64,000 nt of DNA from Bacilli bacterium (GTDB taxonomy: Bacteria > Bacillota_I > Bacilli_A > RFN20 > CAG-826), in assembly GCA_045597865.1 (NCBI GenBank), contig JAZLKX010000039.1:1-64000 (forward strand). Direction: 5' to 3'. The translations under genes and the position numbers were made by a program. Under the pieces are notes generated by a model that searched no databases, was not told the origin of the DNA, and saw only the letters and a program-made list of their open reading frames with translations. Below, one piece after another: positions 49,201 through 58,971 of the stretch (positions are counted from its first letter, which is position 1; every line of letters starts with the position of its first letter).

Positions 49201-50512
49201 CAGCGGCATATGATAAACGACTTGGTAAAGTTGGAGTAACTGAATTGTTAAGTTCAGTAAACACTGAATTCATTGATTCTGGCCAAGAAGTTACATTAGT
49301 AAATACATAAGAAGGATTTGCAATATAGTTTGAAATTACTTCATCTGAAGTTGAAGCAACATCACTTAATGTAATGGTAATAACACCAGGAGCTTGGACT
49401 TCTACTTCATCAAAATACCATAAGCTGTATTCGAGGCTTAAAGTGATTGTAGAGTTATTAACATCAACTACTGCATCCATTGAATTAGCAATTTGTAATT
49501 GACCAGTTGAAATATAATCATAGTATTGAGTTAAATAAGCTGCAACTGCTCTATTATCAATATTTGTGGTAGTAAATTTTGATCTATCTTTAGAATCTTG
49601 AACGTATTCACCAATGAACAAGTTTTCGCCAATTGCATCAATGAAATCAGAAATTTTTAAGCTTGGATCGGTAGTGACAAAGATGCTTGGATCTTTTTCA
49701 TATGTAAATTCATCAGCTAAACTCATTGGAATAACACTACCGTTATTTTTAATAAATGATACATAGCCTTGATCTTTTTGGTAAATAATACCTTCAGCCT
49801 CAAAATATTCGGAATTGTCATGGAACCAAGCTTTGTCATTTAGATTATATCTATGGCAGTTTAATTCTTGATCTTCTAAACCTTCAACAACTGAATTAAT
49901 TGTTAATGAGTAGTTATGGTCTTTTTTAATACAACCAACTAACCAATTAAATTTTTCTAGTTCTCTATTTTCTGGAATTTCCATGTCTTCACCACAAATA
50001 TCACATTTGCCATTTAAATCGCTATCAATGTGTTGAGACATTTCTTCACCACAGTAATCACAGTTATGATCGTTGTTATTATCAGCATGTTCGCCCATGT
50101 TAGCATCGCAAACATCACATTTGTGATTTAAATCGCTATCAACATGTTGAGACATTTCTTCGCCACAGTAATCACAGTTATGATCATTATCTTTATCGGC
50201 GTGTTCACCCATGTTAGCATCGCAAACATCACATTTGTGATTTAAATCGCTATCAACATGTTGAGACATTTCTTCGCCACAGTAATCACAGTTATGATCT
50301 TTGTCATTATCGACGTGTTCACCCATTGATTCTGCACAAATATCACACTTATGATCTTTGTTTTCATCTTTATGTTCACTGATTTTCTCATTACACACAT
50401 CACAAATGTGGTCATTATTGTCATCCTTGTGGTCACAAGGTTTTGTTTCACCACATGCTGCAGTAATCATTGCAACTGCTGGTAAGATAAGAGTTAAAAT
50501 TTTCTTTTTCAT
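46295..50512 (-). CDS. very large surface lipoprotein with eight His/Cys 19-aa repeats, divergent InlB-like repeats and a Big_3-like Ig domain
   Basis: lipobox TAAC; H.D...DH.CD.C repeats; multiple P..GY...F.MP..DV.V domains; LVVTANY.NG. Confidence 0.85.
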   Translation of the reverse strand: MKKKILTLILPAVAMITAACGETKPCDHKDDNNDHICDVCNEKISEHKDENKDHKCDICAESMGEHVDNDKDHNCDYCGEEMSQHVDSDLNHKCDVCDANMGEHADKDNDHNCDYCGEEMSQHVDSDLNHKCDVCDANMGEHADNNNDHNCDYCGEEMSQHIDSDLNGKCDICGEDMEIPENRELEKFNWLVGCIKKDHNYSLTINSVVEGLEDQELNCHRYNLNDKAWFHDNSEYFEAEGIIYQKDQGYVSFIKNNGSVIPMSLADEFTYEKDPSIFVTTDPSLKISDFIDAIGENLFIGEYVQDSKDRSKFTTTNIDNRAVAAYLTQYYDYISTGQLQIANSMDAVVDVNNSTITLSLEYSLWYFDEVEVQAPGVITITLSDVASTSDEVISNYIANPSYVFTNVTSWPESMNSVFTELNNSVTPTLPSRLSYAAVCEKILYDGFYYAGIQDLNSGDLRVSYGETLVNEGFTKVSDNSYKKVVVNGVDSVTYKVIMKYDAASTLYPNGEMKILFRADKSSGVFASIADFNAYLSSKKYDELVPSLPNEDSCTSISNFKDTTDNEIYALKCNSTDTFKVNIPDYVKAQAFVNSYVNALVAKGFSDTSKFLSMTNYSLEWSTAGSYVAIDFPATAGQYTGYVGIRYVVYKVDEQSLRPSAKHSVSASSSIENGSISFGGTTEYSAGSTVNFTITPNSGYEFDSASIVGKDIQVNVVGNKGSFVMPDDDAVVLVTFKEKAPEPTHAISFVCDHFTVDHFEDEGGNVITSYIYKEDAFGIFAYGSFDEGFEFDYLTLEGDEEALGGSWFDEDHNCDVIQIYPSKALDEYNITAYTKGSSPVPTKYDVSADTSIDGGSIKNILVNGESSTEAEAGDTVRFTVSADDNYVLVADSVKVFDGKGQEVVISLAPMSQSSYTFIMPNSGVTITAEFEFDSPTPEPTMYAINKDSIEGLTIKVVGSITEEQAGEYVRFNLQLAEGYELLDVFIKDHPEIIISETLNPITGAITYSFEMPAHDVTISANVSSPAPAKAWHVEADSSMEHGSISFAGSYYDTDEKVEFLVTPNSGYQIDSVSSNPSVTITNEGNGKYSFNMPASDVVVSASFSLIPTPEPVPHTVSAVGDVYDGDTKVGRVATWYKYVEVKAGDMAYVSITPQAGYEIVRAYVQGHEEITLSDASAEMGSNKWGFEMPNYDVTITAEFRAIPKELSSISLSGQKSDFVIGEDFSVGDLVVTANYANGDKATVTGYSVDSSKVNMEVAGNYTVTVSYTEGEITKSQDYGIVVKAGEVACKEYEGSKTISSVNYTYNLKVYEDGTGVYELSNGTTTYYQYFTWTDAGSGKINIVPDANKTSELCKTTSCYANLWFYWSGDQKSNKNVITLDDSSASFPGMYYNNTSAYTISLTAVSE
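50035..50300 (-). repeat. 114-bp period intragenic tandem repeat
   Basis: GAGACATTTCTTC.CCACAGTAATCACAGTTATGATC recurs at 50035, 50149 and 50263. Confidence 0.85.
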
Positions 50513-50608
50513 AGGTTTATCCTCCTAATTGGGTTTTTAATTTTATTAGCACTTCAATTAATTAAAGTGCGTTATATGTTAATACTTTTCTAAATTTTAG
50601 ACAAGTAT

Positions 50609-53029
50609 TTACTGTTTTGTAAAGGTTCTTTCAGTTCCGACTGAGTCACTGCTTTGATAGAACAAATTAACTTTAAGCGTAGTACCACTAATTCTTAAAG
50701 TATTTTTTAATCCGGATTGGGAATTCCATGGGTTCAAATTAGTGCCAATATAACCACTAGATGTTTTATTTGGATCCTTTTCAATAGAAAGGACTCCGTC
50801 AACGTTAGATGTTATATTGAAATAGAAGACATATGTGCTTCCACCAGCTTTTGTTGCTTCATAGTAACCACTATTACCAGAAATGTGCCAATAACAATCA
50901 TATGTAGAAATTACACTGCTTTGTTGATAATAATAGATGTCTTCTTCTGTTGGTTCTGGTTCAGAACCTTCCTCAACCTTAATTGTATATGTTCCAGTTG
51001 CGGTTAAAGTTCCACCATGAATATTTTGTTCAGTGTATGTAACAGTAACTTCAATGCTATCTCCGATTGTATCTAATTTTTGACCATCTAGACTAAATGT
51101 TGCAGTAGATACAACAGATGAGCTACCAGTGTTGTAGTTAGCTTTTACAGTAATGGTGTCATGATCAAAGGTTGTACCTTTGGTAAATACTGGTTGTGAG
51201 TCCATTTCTAAAGTTAAAGCATTTGTGAGTTTCTTCACTGCTTTAATGTAATACGATGCAGATTTACCACTATATGAGACACTAACTGTCTTCAAAGAAC
51301 CTTCGGAAGCTAAACTTGGAGGTGTGAATGTAGCTTGATCTGAAACATCAACTTCATCTCCGTTGTTATAAGTTGCAATTACTTCGACACCGTCGTGATT
51401 AAATTCTTCGTTTACGTAGAATGTTTTTGCACTATCAGGTGCTGAGACAGTGATATAAGAAACAGTTGGAGCTGGTGAAACGGTAATCTCATAACTGGTT
51501 GAGAAATCTCCATAATTAACCCTAACGAATTTAGTTCCTTGATATGTCATACTAGGATCAGTAAATGAAACATCACTTGTGACATCAACCTTAGTTCCGC
51601 TTGTGTAAACTGCTTTTACAACAACGCCAGAATGGTCAACTGTATCACCTACATAGTAATTTGTTTTGTAGGTTCCTGAAACTTCAATGCTTTCAATTGC
51701 ATCTGGAGCTACAACATTAATATTATAAGAATTTGATACACCTCTATATGAAACAGTAACTGATTTACCACCAGCACTTGACATATCTGGTAATGAAACA
51801 TTGTATTCGGAGCTTCCTAAAACTCTAGAAGTTGAATCAGAATAATTTGCAGTTACAACCAAGTTGTCATAATTAAATGTGTCATCAAGATCAAATTCAG
51901 TTTGATAATTGCCGCTGAAGCTTAAGCTTGAAATTTGTTTATATGAAACCACAACTTCAACATCTGATGCTGGCATGATAAAACTGTATGAGCCATCACT
52001 ACCACTTACTGTTAAGCTTGGGCTAGTTGAAATTTGATTAATTTCATAACCATCGTTTGGAATTACTGTAAATGCTACAGATTCGCCTTCATAGTATTCG
52101 GTTTCTTCGAATGAAATAGAACCACCACTGGAGGCTTGAGCTGAAACGCTATAAGCAACAACTGGTGCTGGTTCAAATGTAGCGTTAATAGAAATATCGC
52201 TTTCTGGCATTATAAATGAGTAATTAGAACCACTAACTGATAGTGCAACTTCTGGAACGGTTGTAACTGAACTTACAATGTAACCATCAGCTGGATGAAC
52301 TGTAAAGCTCGCGGTTGCCCCAGCTTTGCGCTTACTAGCGGTTAAAGTAATTGATCCGTTTTCAGTTGGAGTAGATGAAATTTCGTGTTTAATAGGTGGA
52401 ACATAGCTGTTATCACAAGAATAACCTAACACTACTCGTTTTATTTGAGGTTTGAAAGATGAACGACTTTCTTGAACTAATTTAAGGTATTCGTCTTCAA
52501 AACTTGAAATAGCAAAGCTACCAGTGTAAACGTATTTATCGGAATCATAAGTGTTAACGGACATGGTTCCAATTTTTTCATAATTTGTGCCATCTCCTGA
52601 TTTATAGACTCCGATTGATGTAATTGTGTTTGATGAAACAATTGAAATGCTATTGATATCTTGGAATGCATACTCATTGTAGTTTGAACCGTTGTAAGAA
52701 TAGAATTTGATAATACTGTCAATCTTATCTGCATCTTCGTTCAAAACAGATCTAAATGATGCAACACTGCCTGAACTTAAACTAACATCAGATTTACACG
52801 CTATATAAACGTAATCTCCTTGTTTTGTGGTCGTTCTACTTATGTATGGTGACTTATCACTTATTTTCTCAACTTTAGAGCCATCAAAGTCAATTACGTC
52901 ATTAACAATCGTTTCTGAGTCTAAAGCTCTAACACCAGAAAAATCAAAGTTTTTGCCTAAAATGGCAAAAGAGAAGAGCATTACTCCACTTACTGCGATT
53001 AAACTAAAAACTTTGCCTTTTTGATTCAT
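50609..53029 (-). CDS. secreted/surface protein with divergent InlB-like and Big_3-like Ig repeats
   Basis: N-terminal signal/anchor; two SFIMP.SD domains; four V.A.Y..G/S Ig repeats. Confidence 0.82.
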   Translation of the reverse strand: MNQKGKVFSLIAVSGVMLFSFAILGKNFDFSGVRALDSETIVNDVIDFDGSKVEKISDKSPYISRTTTKQGDYVYIACKSDVSLSSGSVASFRSVLNEDADKIDSIIKFYSYNGSNYNEYAFQDINSISIVSSNTITSIGVYKSGDGTNYEKIGTMSVNTYDSDKYVYTGSFAISSFEDEYLKLVQESRSSFKPQIKRVVLGYSCDNSYVPPIKHEISSTPTENGSITLTASKRKAGATASFTVHPADGYIVSSVTTVPEVALSVSGSNYSFIMPESDISINATFEPAPVVAYSVSAQASSGGSISFEETEYYEGESVAFTVIPNDGYEINQISTSPSLTVSGSDGSYSFIMPASDVEVVVSYKQISSLSFSGNYQTEFDLDDTFNYDNLVVTANYSDSTSRVLGSSEYNVSLPDMSSAGGKSVTVSYRGVSNSYNINVVAPDAIESIEVSGTYKTNYYVGDTVDHSGVVVKAVYTSGTKVDVTSDVSFTDPSMTYQGTKFVRVNYGDFSTSYEITVSPAPTVSYITVSAPDSAKTFYVNEEFNHDGVEVIATYNNGDEVDVSDQATFTPPSLASEGSLKTVSVSYSGKSASYYIKAVKKLTNALTLEMDSQPVFTKGTTFDHDTITVKANYNTGSSSVVSTATFSLDGQKLDTIGDSIEVTVTYTEQNIHGGTLTATGTYTIKVEEGSEPEPTEEDIYYYQQSSVISTYDCYWHISGNSGYYEATKAGGSTYVFYFNITSNVDGVLSIEKDPNKTSSGYIGTNLNPWNSQSGLKNTLRISGTTLKVNLFYQSSDSVGTERTFTKQ

Positions 53030-53202
53030 TTTAACTTTCTCCTTGAATCACAACCCGCAGGGTGAAACTTGTTGAAAAGTTTGGTTATATTATTCATAGA
53101 TGAAAATATTTGTCAACCGAAAAAGTTACATTTGTTTCTGAAAATGAATGAAAATGCTTACATTCTAGGAATTTTTGAAAATTTTCAAGAAAATTCTTGT
53201 AT

Positions 53203-54741
53203 TTACTCAAGTGAAATTATGTAATCAACTATGTCTTCATAAAAGTCTTTTTCATGAGAAACAAGAATTACAACACCTGGATATTCTTCAATTGCTTTTT
53301 TAAGCGATTCTTTTGCAACTTTGTCTAAATGGTTTGTAGGTTCATCAAGCACCAAAACGTTAGATTTCTTCAAAGTTAACATACAAAGTCTACTTTTAGC
53401 TTCCTCACCACCACTTAATTCTCTAAGCGGTCTCAAAGCGAGCTCAGCTTTAATTCCGCATCTTGCGAGTAAACTTCTAACCTCCAAGTTTGTGAGGTTT
53501 TTCTGACTTGATTGAATGTAATCCATTGGAGTTACAGATAAGTCATCAAGTTCAGTTTGACTGAAGTAATTTATTTTGATTTTGTCATTCCAGTAAAAAG
53601 TGCCATTTAAAGCTGGAATCACGTTTAAAATGGTTTTAATTAATGTGGACTTGCCAACACCATTTTTACCAATAATTGCAATCTTTTCGCCCTTCAAAAT
53701 TGAAAAAGAAATTGGTTTAAGAAGAGGCTTTTCATAGCCAATCACTAAATCATTGATATCAAGTATGTTCTTTCCAATGTCACCAGAGTATGGAAAGTTA
53801 AAATACACGAGATTTGTATCATCTTTTGGTTTTTCTAAGCGTTCAACATGTGCTAAACGTGCTCTTCTAGACTTTGCAGCTCTACTTGAGGTTGCTCTTA
53901 CAATATGAGCTGCAATGAACTCTTCTTCTTTCTTAATAAACTTTTGTTGAGCAGCATAATCCTTCTCATACTGTTCTTTCCTTACTACTGATTGCGCTTT
54001 AAAGTAAGCATAATCACCTTTGTAGCGATCAATAACCTTATTATGAAGATGAAGCACCACATTTGCGATTTGAGAAAGGAATGGTTCATCATGCGATATG
54101 ACCAAAAATGCTTTTGGATAGTTTTGAAGGTATTCTGCCAACCATTTAACATGAGGAGCATCTAAATAGTTTGTAGGCTCATCTAAAAGAAGCACATCGT
54201 GCTCTTCTAAAAGCATTTTTGCGAGATATATTTTCTCTCTTTGCCCAGAGCTTAAAATGTTAAGTTTTCTTTCTTTATATTCCTTTGGAATACCTAGACC
54301 AACTATCACTTTATCAATCTTCTCTTTGATTGAGTAAAAATCTTCACGAATTAATTCGTCGTTAATAAGTGATGCTTGGTCTAGATATTTTAAGTAATTT
54401 GGATCATCCGGATTAGCGCCTTTTTCAAATAACGCGTTCATGCGCGCTTCTTTATAAAAAAGGTCTTTGTAGATTTGCTCAAGGAACTCAATTACTGTAA
54501 AGTCATCATTTATTTTATAGTGTTGGTCTAAGTAACTATAAGTTACACCTGGAGTCCACTCAATAGTGCCTTTATCTGGTGTTAACTTTTTAGTGATTAA
54601 GTCAAAGATTGTGGTTTTTCCACATCCGTTTTGACCAACGAGTACTGCATGTTCTCCTTGATTTAATTGAAATGAGACGCCATTAAAAAGCTCCTTATCG
54701 GAGTAATTAAACATTAAATTATCTACTTTGAGGAGCGACAT
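53203..54741 (-). CDS. ABC-F family ribosome-associated ATPase
   Basis: two NBDs (GQNGCGKT, GKNGVGKS), two LDEPTN motifs, inter-domain linker, no TM helices. Confidence 0.94.
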   Translation of the reverse strand: MSLLKVDNLMFNYSDKELFNGVSFQLNQGEHAVLVGQNGCGKTTIFDLITKKLTPDKGTIEWTPGVTYSYLDQHYKINDDFTVIEFLEQIYKDLFYKEARMNALFEKGANPDDPNYLKYLDQASLINDELIREDFYSIKEKIDKVIVGLGIPKEYKERKLNILSSGQREKIYLAKMLLEEHDVLLLDEPTNYLDAPHVKWLAEYLQNYPKAFLVISHDEPFLSQIANVVLHLHNKVIDRYKGDYAYFKAQSVVRKEQYEKDYAAQQKFIKKEEEFIAAHIVRATSSRAAKSRRARLAHVERLEKPKDDTNLVYFNFPYSGDIGKNILDINDLVIGYEKPLLKPISFSILKGEKIAIIGKNGVGKSTLIKTILNVIPALNGTFYWNDKIKINYFSQTELDDLSVTPMDYIQSSQKNLTNLEVRSLLARCGIKAELALRPLRELSGGEEAKSRLCMLTLKKSNVLVLDEPTNHLDKVAKESLKKAIEEYPGVVILVSHEKDFYEDIVDYIISLE

Positions 54742-54798
54742 ATATTTTTATTTAATCCGAGTTTTCTAAAGTCAGACTTTATTTTTCTCGCTTTTCAA

Positions 54799-55686
54799 TT
54801 AATCTTCTAATAGTTTTCTAGCTTCAAGTGCGTTTAAAAGGAAGTTATGAGCAACATCAAGGAAGTTAAATCCATGGACTGCTCCTTCACCCCTATAGTG
54901 TTTAATGATTGCAACAAGGTACCACTGAAGTGATACATCAATACGCCATAAGGCATAACGTTTTAATCCATCAGTGACTACTGTAAGCTTTTCGTATTCT
55001 TCTAAAACTTTAACACCATCTTGGACATCGTTGTTTCCAAATGTAGCAATGTCATAAAGTGGATCATTGTCTGCAGCAAATTCATAGTCAATAAGTAAAT
55101 ACTTATCATCGCTTGCTCTTCTAACAATGTTACTTCTTTGAGCATCGTTGTGGGCTAAAGTTCTCATTTGAGAAAGTAAAAACTCTCTATGAGACATAAC
55201 TAAATCCCATAATTCATAGAATTCTTTATCAAATTCTTTGGTGTGGGTTTCAGCTTCTTTTCTATAGTTTTCAAGTCTTCCAAGTGGGTCATAATAGACA
55301 CCAGACATCTTTTTAGAGTTATGGTAAGTGAGAAGAAGTTTTGCAACGTTTTTGAAATCTTCTGGTTCACTTTTAGCATTGATGGAATAGCCTTCAATGA
55401 ATTCATTTACTTTAAAGCCTGTTTTAACGTTGAAATAGACGTTTTTATTAGAGATGCCTAATTTGTATGCGATTTGGTGAATATTGCGCTCTAATTTGCG
55501 GTCTACCATTTCGTTTGCTTGTGCTGTTGGTACGTATAATACGTATCTTTGTCCAGCCTTGCGGCCACCTGAAACAATAAAGGCCTCATTCATCATTCCG
55601 CCTTTAAGCTCTTGATCTACTTTTGGAAGCTTACCTACGGCTTTTCTTAAAACCTTTACTGCTTCACCTGTTAATTTGTCTACCAT
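54799..55686 (-). CDS. choline/ethanolamine kinase family phosphotransferase
   Basis: LKGGMMN, VDRKLE, AHNDAQRSN, LIDYEFA, DPLYDIA. Confidence 0.85.
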   Translation of the reverse strand: MVDKLTGEAVKVLRKAVGKLPKVDQELKGGMMNEAFIVSGGRKAGQRYVLYVPTAQANEMVDRKLERNIHQIAYKLGISNKNVYFNVKTGFKVNEFIEGYSINAKSEPEDFKNVAKLLLTYHNSKKMSGVYYDPLGRLENYRKEAETHTKEFDKEFYELWDLVMSHREFLLSQMRTLAHNDAQRSNIVRRASDDKYLLIDYEFAADNDPLYDIATFGNNDVQDGVKVLEEYEKLTVVTDGLKRYALWRIDVSLQWYLVAIIKHYRGEGAVHGFNFLDVAHNFLLNALEARKLLED

Positions 55687-56705
55687 TTGTTTTTCACCTT
55701 CTCTGCAAAACCTGGCATGTCTGTGAAGAAATGCTCAACACCATCAATAAGAATGTATCCAGAAAATGTTCCGAATACTTGGTTTTGAAGTGATTGAATA
55801 ACTCCAACATTCATATTTGCGTGTCTATTCATTACAGGTGTAAATGTTAAATTAACATCACCTGTGATTGATCTAAATTTCCAAGGTTCCAAGAACGAAT
55901 CTTTTCCAGACTTAGAAATTGGGATATCAAAGTGTACATCTTCGAGTTTATATGACTTGTCATCATAGAAGAAGATATTTTCACTGTGTGTAGTGTTATC
56001 GCCAAAACCATAACCAAGGTTAAAGCCAATACGTTTACCTTCAAATTCTCCACTCATAGAGGACCAGAACCAGGTGTTTTTATAAGTCCATACACCTCTA
56101 CCCCAGTCTAAAACTCCCCATGAGTTGGTATTAAAGTCTAATATTTCTTCTCCAACCTTTACATAGCCATTAGCCTTTAAACAGTTAATCTTTTGGTTGT
56201 AATAGAAATGTTTATCTTTCTCAAATGGTGTTGCCACTACAATTGAGTCTTTATTTGTTTCTTCTAGATATAAATCTAAACGAATGTCTTTTTTATCATT
56301 GGTGAATTTCTTCCAAGAACAAGTTAAATGTCTTTTACCGTTTTCATGAACAAAGTTCATTTCAACTTTCTTGTTCTTGAAGTGAATATCACCTTCAACT
56401 GAAGTTGATGGAAGTTTAAGTTTTCCAAAGCTAAAAAAGTTAATAACAGATTTAGTGTTATCTTGCTTTTTTTCAAAATCCAAAAATGAAAGCGAACATA
56501 AAGACATATATGAGTTATCTGCAATTGTTAAAGCGACACCATATTTAGAGTTTCCTACATAGTAGTAGTCCCACTCCTTAATGCGCCATTTGCTAGATTT
56601 AATGTCTCTACGGTTATAATCTTTTACTAAAGAGTTGGCATAGCCAGCCTGATAAAGATTACCATCTTCATTTAATAATTTTCCTGGAAGTAACTTAATC
56701 TGCAT
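55680..56705 (-). CDS. DUF2804 family protein
   Basis: IKEWDYY, FYYNQKIN, LDWGRGVW, GFNLGYGFGD, QVFG. Confidence 0.85.
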   Translation of the reverse strand: MQIKLLPGKLLNEDGNLYQAGYANSLVKDYNRRDIKSSKWRIKEWDYYYVGNSKYGVALTIADNSYMSLCSLSFLDFEKKQDNTKSVINFFSFGKLKLPSTSVEGDIHFKNKKVEMNFVHENGKRHLTCSWKKFTNDKKDIRLDLYLEETNKDSIVVATPFEKDKHFYYNQKINCLKANGYVKVGEEILDFNTNSWGVLDWGRGVWTYKNTWFWSSMSGEFEGKRIGFNLGYGFGDNTTHSENIFFYDDKSYKLEDVHFDIPISKSGKDSFLEPWKFRSITGDVNLTFTPVMNRHANMNVGVIQSLQNQVFGTFSGYILIDGVEHFFTDMPGFAEKVKNKW

Positions 56706-56714
56706 CTTACTCTC

Positions 56715-57836
56715 CTAGTTAATTTTCTTAACAAAACTTCTTCTACGTTTATGTTGAAGTGAATTGAAATGGTTCCAAGTACCAATGATTTCTTTATTGT
56801 CTTCAAGGTTGAGGTTTGTCTCAACATAATCGAGTTTATATTTGTGGAATGCTTTTGAAAGTTCTGCATAACATACTACTTGAGCACCACTTAATGTTGC
56901 TTTTGGATCAATACCAACAAGGCCTAAATCTACAATATGTGGGGACTTAACGGTCTTTAAAAGCTTAATAATAGCCCCTGGTGTAAGCTTACCACCGCTT
57001 CTTTGTATTGATTTAGCGATGCCTGGGAATGCAACTGCAAAAGCGACAAGATTATCGTTCTCATCCATAACAAACTTAACAAAATCCATATTTACGATTG
57101 GAGCAAAATTATTTTCTAATAAATCTCTCATTCCTCTTGTAAATGGGACTGTGCCATAGATTTTGTTATATGAAATATCAAGCATCTCAAAGAATTGATC
57201 GCCATGTAATTTAACAAATTTCTTATATGGCATATGCTCAATAACGTGCAATTTACCTTTTGCAAGAATTCTATCGCTTACAGAAACAAGTTTTTCATAT
57301 TTTTCATCATTGAATGTGAGTCTATGCTCAATCCAGTCAACATCTTTACCATAGCCACAGTTTTCAATAAGTTTTTGATAATAATCAAAGTTGTATTGCT
57401 CTTCGAATGTTGAAAGGTAGTCAAAACCTTCAATGAGCAAGCCTTCTCTTTCAAGATCAGAAAAGCCAAGTGGACCAACAACTTCTTCCATGCCTTTTTC
57501 TTTAGCATAGGTCTCAACTGTAGCGAATAATGCGTTTGCTACTTCTTGGTCATCAATAGCGTCAAAACGAGTAAATCTCACTCTTTTTTGACCCCATTTT
57601 TCATTAGCGGCTTTTTGGAGGATTGCTGAAATACGTCCTACCATGACGCCATCTCTATAAGCGTTCCAATATTTTGCTTCAGCTTGATCATAATACATAT
57701 AGTCTGGTCTAAAGCATTTCTTTTCATCTCCATACAATGGAGGGCAGAAATATGGATTGCCTTTATAAAGCTTTAACGGAAAATTAATGAATTCTTTAAT
57801 TTCTCGTTTTGTTTTTACTTCACGAATTTCAATCAT
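56715..57836 (-). CDS. YghO/bCerS-like GNAT N-acyltransferase, paralog 2
   Basis: FPLKLY...PPL, GRISA, RFDAIDDQEVA.ALF, GPLGFSD, YNFDYY, LEDN; start at ATG 57836. Confidence 0.85.
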   Translation of the reverse strand: MIEIREVKTKREIKEFINFPLKLYKGNPYFCPPLYGDEKKCFRPDYMYYDQAEAKYWNAYRDGVMVGRISAILQKAANEKWGQKRVRFTRFDAIDDQEVANALFATVETYAKEKGMEEVVGPLGFSDLEREGLLIEGFDYLSTFEEQYNFDYYQKLIENCGYGKDVDWIEHRLTFNDEKYEKLVSVSDRILAKGKLHVIEHMPYKKFVKLHGDQFFEMLDISYNKIYGTVPFTRGMRDLLENNFAPIVNMDFVKFVMDENDNLVAFAVAFPGIAKSIQRSGGKLTPGAIIKLLKTVKSPHIVDLGLVGIDPKATLSGAQVVCYAELSKAFHKYKLDYVETNLNLEDNKEIIGTWNHFNSLQHKRRRSFVKKIN

Positions 57837-57852
57837 TTGATTTGCCTTCTTA

Positions 57853-58971
57853 TTAAATTTTCTTAACAAAACTTCTTCTACGTTTGTGTTGAATACAATC
57901 AAAGTGTGACCACATTGAAATGATTTGTTCGTTGTCTTCAAGGTTTAAGTTAGTTTCAACGTATTCGACTTTGTCTTTTGCGATTTGTTCAGTTAAAAGT
58001 GAGAATAAAACGATATGTGAGCCACCTAATGCTTCTTCTGGCAAGACACCAATTAAGCCTAAATCGATAACTTTTGGATGTTTAACTCTCCAAAGAAGTT
58101 GGATGATTGCGAGTGGAGTTAAGTGACCGTGTCTAAATTGCATTGCTTTAGCAATATTTGGGAATGCTAAAGCTAAAGCAATAACTCTATCGTTGTTATC
58201 AACAATAAGTCTTAAGTAGTTTTTATTAATTACTGGAGCATAGTTATTCTCAACAAGTTTCTTCATACCTGGTGTGAATGGAACTGTTCCATAGATCTTG
58301 CTATAAGCAATATCAAGAACATCAAAGAATTGATCTCCATACATCTTGCATAACTTCTTGAAACGTGTTGGAGGAACTACATGATAGTTACCTCTTACGA
58401 GTAATTTTTGAGAAATGTTATTAATTTTATTAAATTTTTCTTGGTTGAAAGTAAGTCTATGTTCAATCCAGTCTATATCCTTACCGTAACCACAATTTTC
58501 AACAAGTTTTTGATAATAATCAAAGTTGTATTGTTCTTCAAAGGTTGAGAGGTATTCGAAACCTTCAATAAGCATGCCTTCTCTTTCAAAGTCAGAGAAA
58601 CCAAGTGGACCAACCACTTCTTCCATGCCTTTTTCTTTTGCGTAAGCCTCAACTGTAGCGAATAATGCGTTTGCTACTTCTTGGTCATCAATAGCATCAA
58701 AACGTGTAAATCTGCAACGTTTTTGATTCCATTTTTCATTAGCTTTATGTTGGATGATAGCGGAAATTCTTCCAACCATCTTTCCATCTTTATAGCAGTT
58801 CCAATATTTGGCTTCTGCTTGATCATAATACATATAATTGGACTTAAAGCATTTCTTTTCATCCATATAGATAGGTGGAACGAAATTCTTGTTATCCTTA
58901 TATAATTTCAACGGGAGATTTATAAAATCTCGAATTTCTTTTCTACTTTTAACTTCACGAACTTCAATCAT
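57853..58971 (-). CDS. YghO/bCerS-like GNAT N-acyltransferase, paralog 1
   Basis: same motifs as the neighbouring paralog; start at ATG 58971 behind GGGAG. Confidence 0.85.
   Translation of the reverse strand: MIEVREVKSRKEIRDFINLPLKLYKDNKNFVPPIYMDEKKCFKSNYMYYDQAEAKYWNCYKDGKMVGRISAIIQHKANEKWNQKRCRFTRFDAIDDQEVANALFATVEAYAKEKGMEEVVGPLGFSDFEREGMLIEGFEYLSTFEEQYNFDYYQKLVENCGYGKDIDWIEHRLTFNQEKFNKINNISQKLLVRGNYHVVPPTRFKKLCKMYGDQFFDVLDIAYSKIYGTVPFTPGMKKLVENNYAPVINKNYLRLIVDNNDRVIALALAFPNIAKAMQFRHGHLTPLAIIQLLWRVKHPKVIDLGLIGVLPEEALGGSHIVLFSLLTEQIAKDKVEYVETNLNLEDNEQIISMWSHFDCIQHKRRRSFVKKI

Noticed and set aside
57837-57941. N-terminal extension of the 56715 ORF overlapping the upstream paralog
   Set aside because: Alignment with the paralog and the AGAAGG site place the start at 57836
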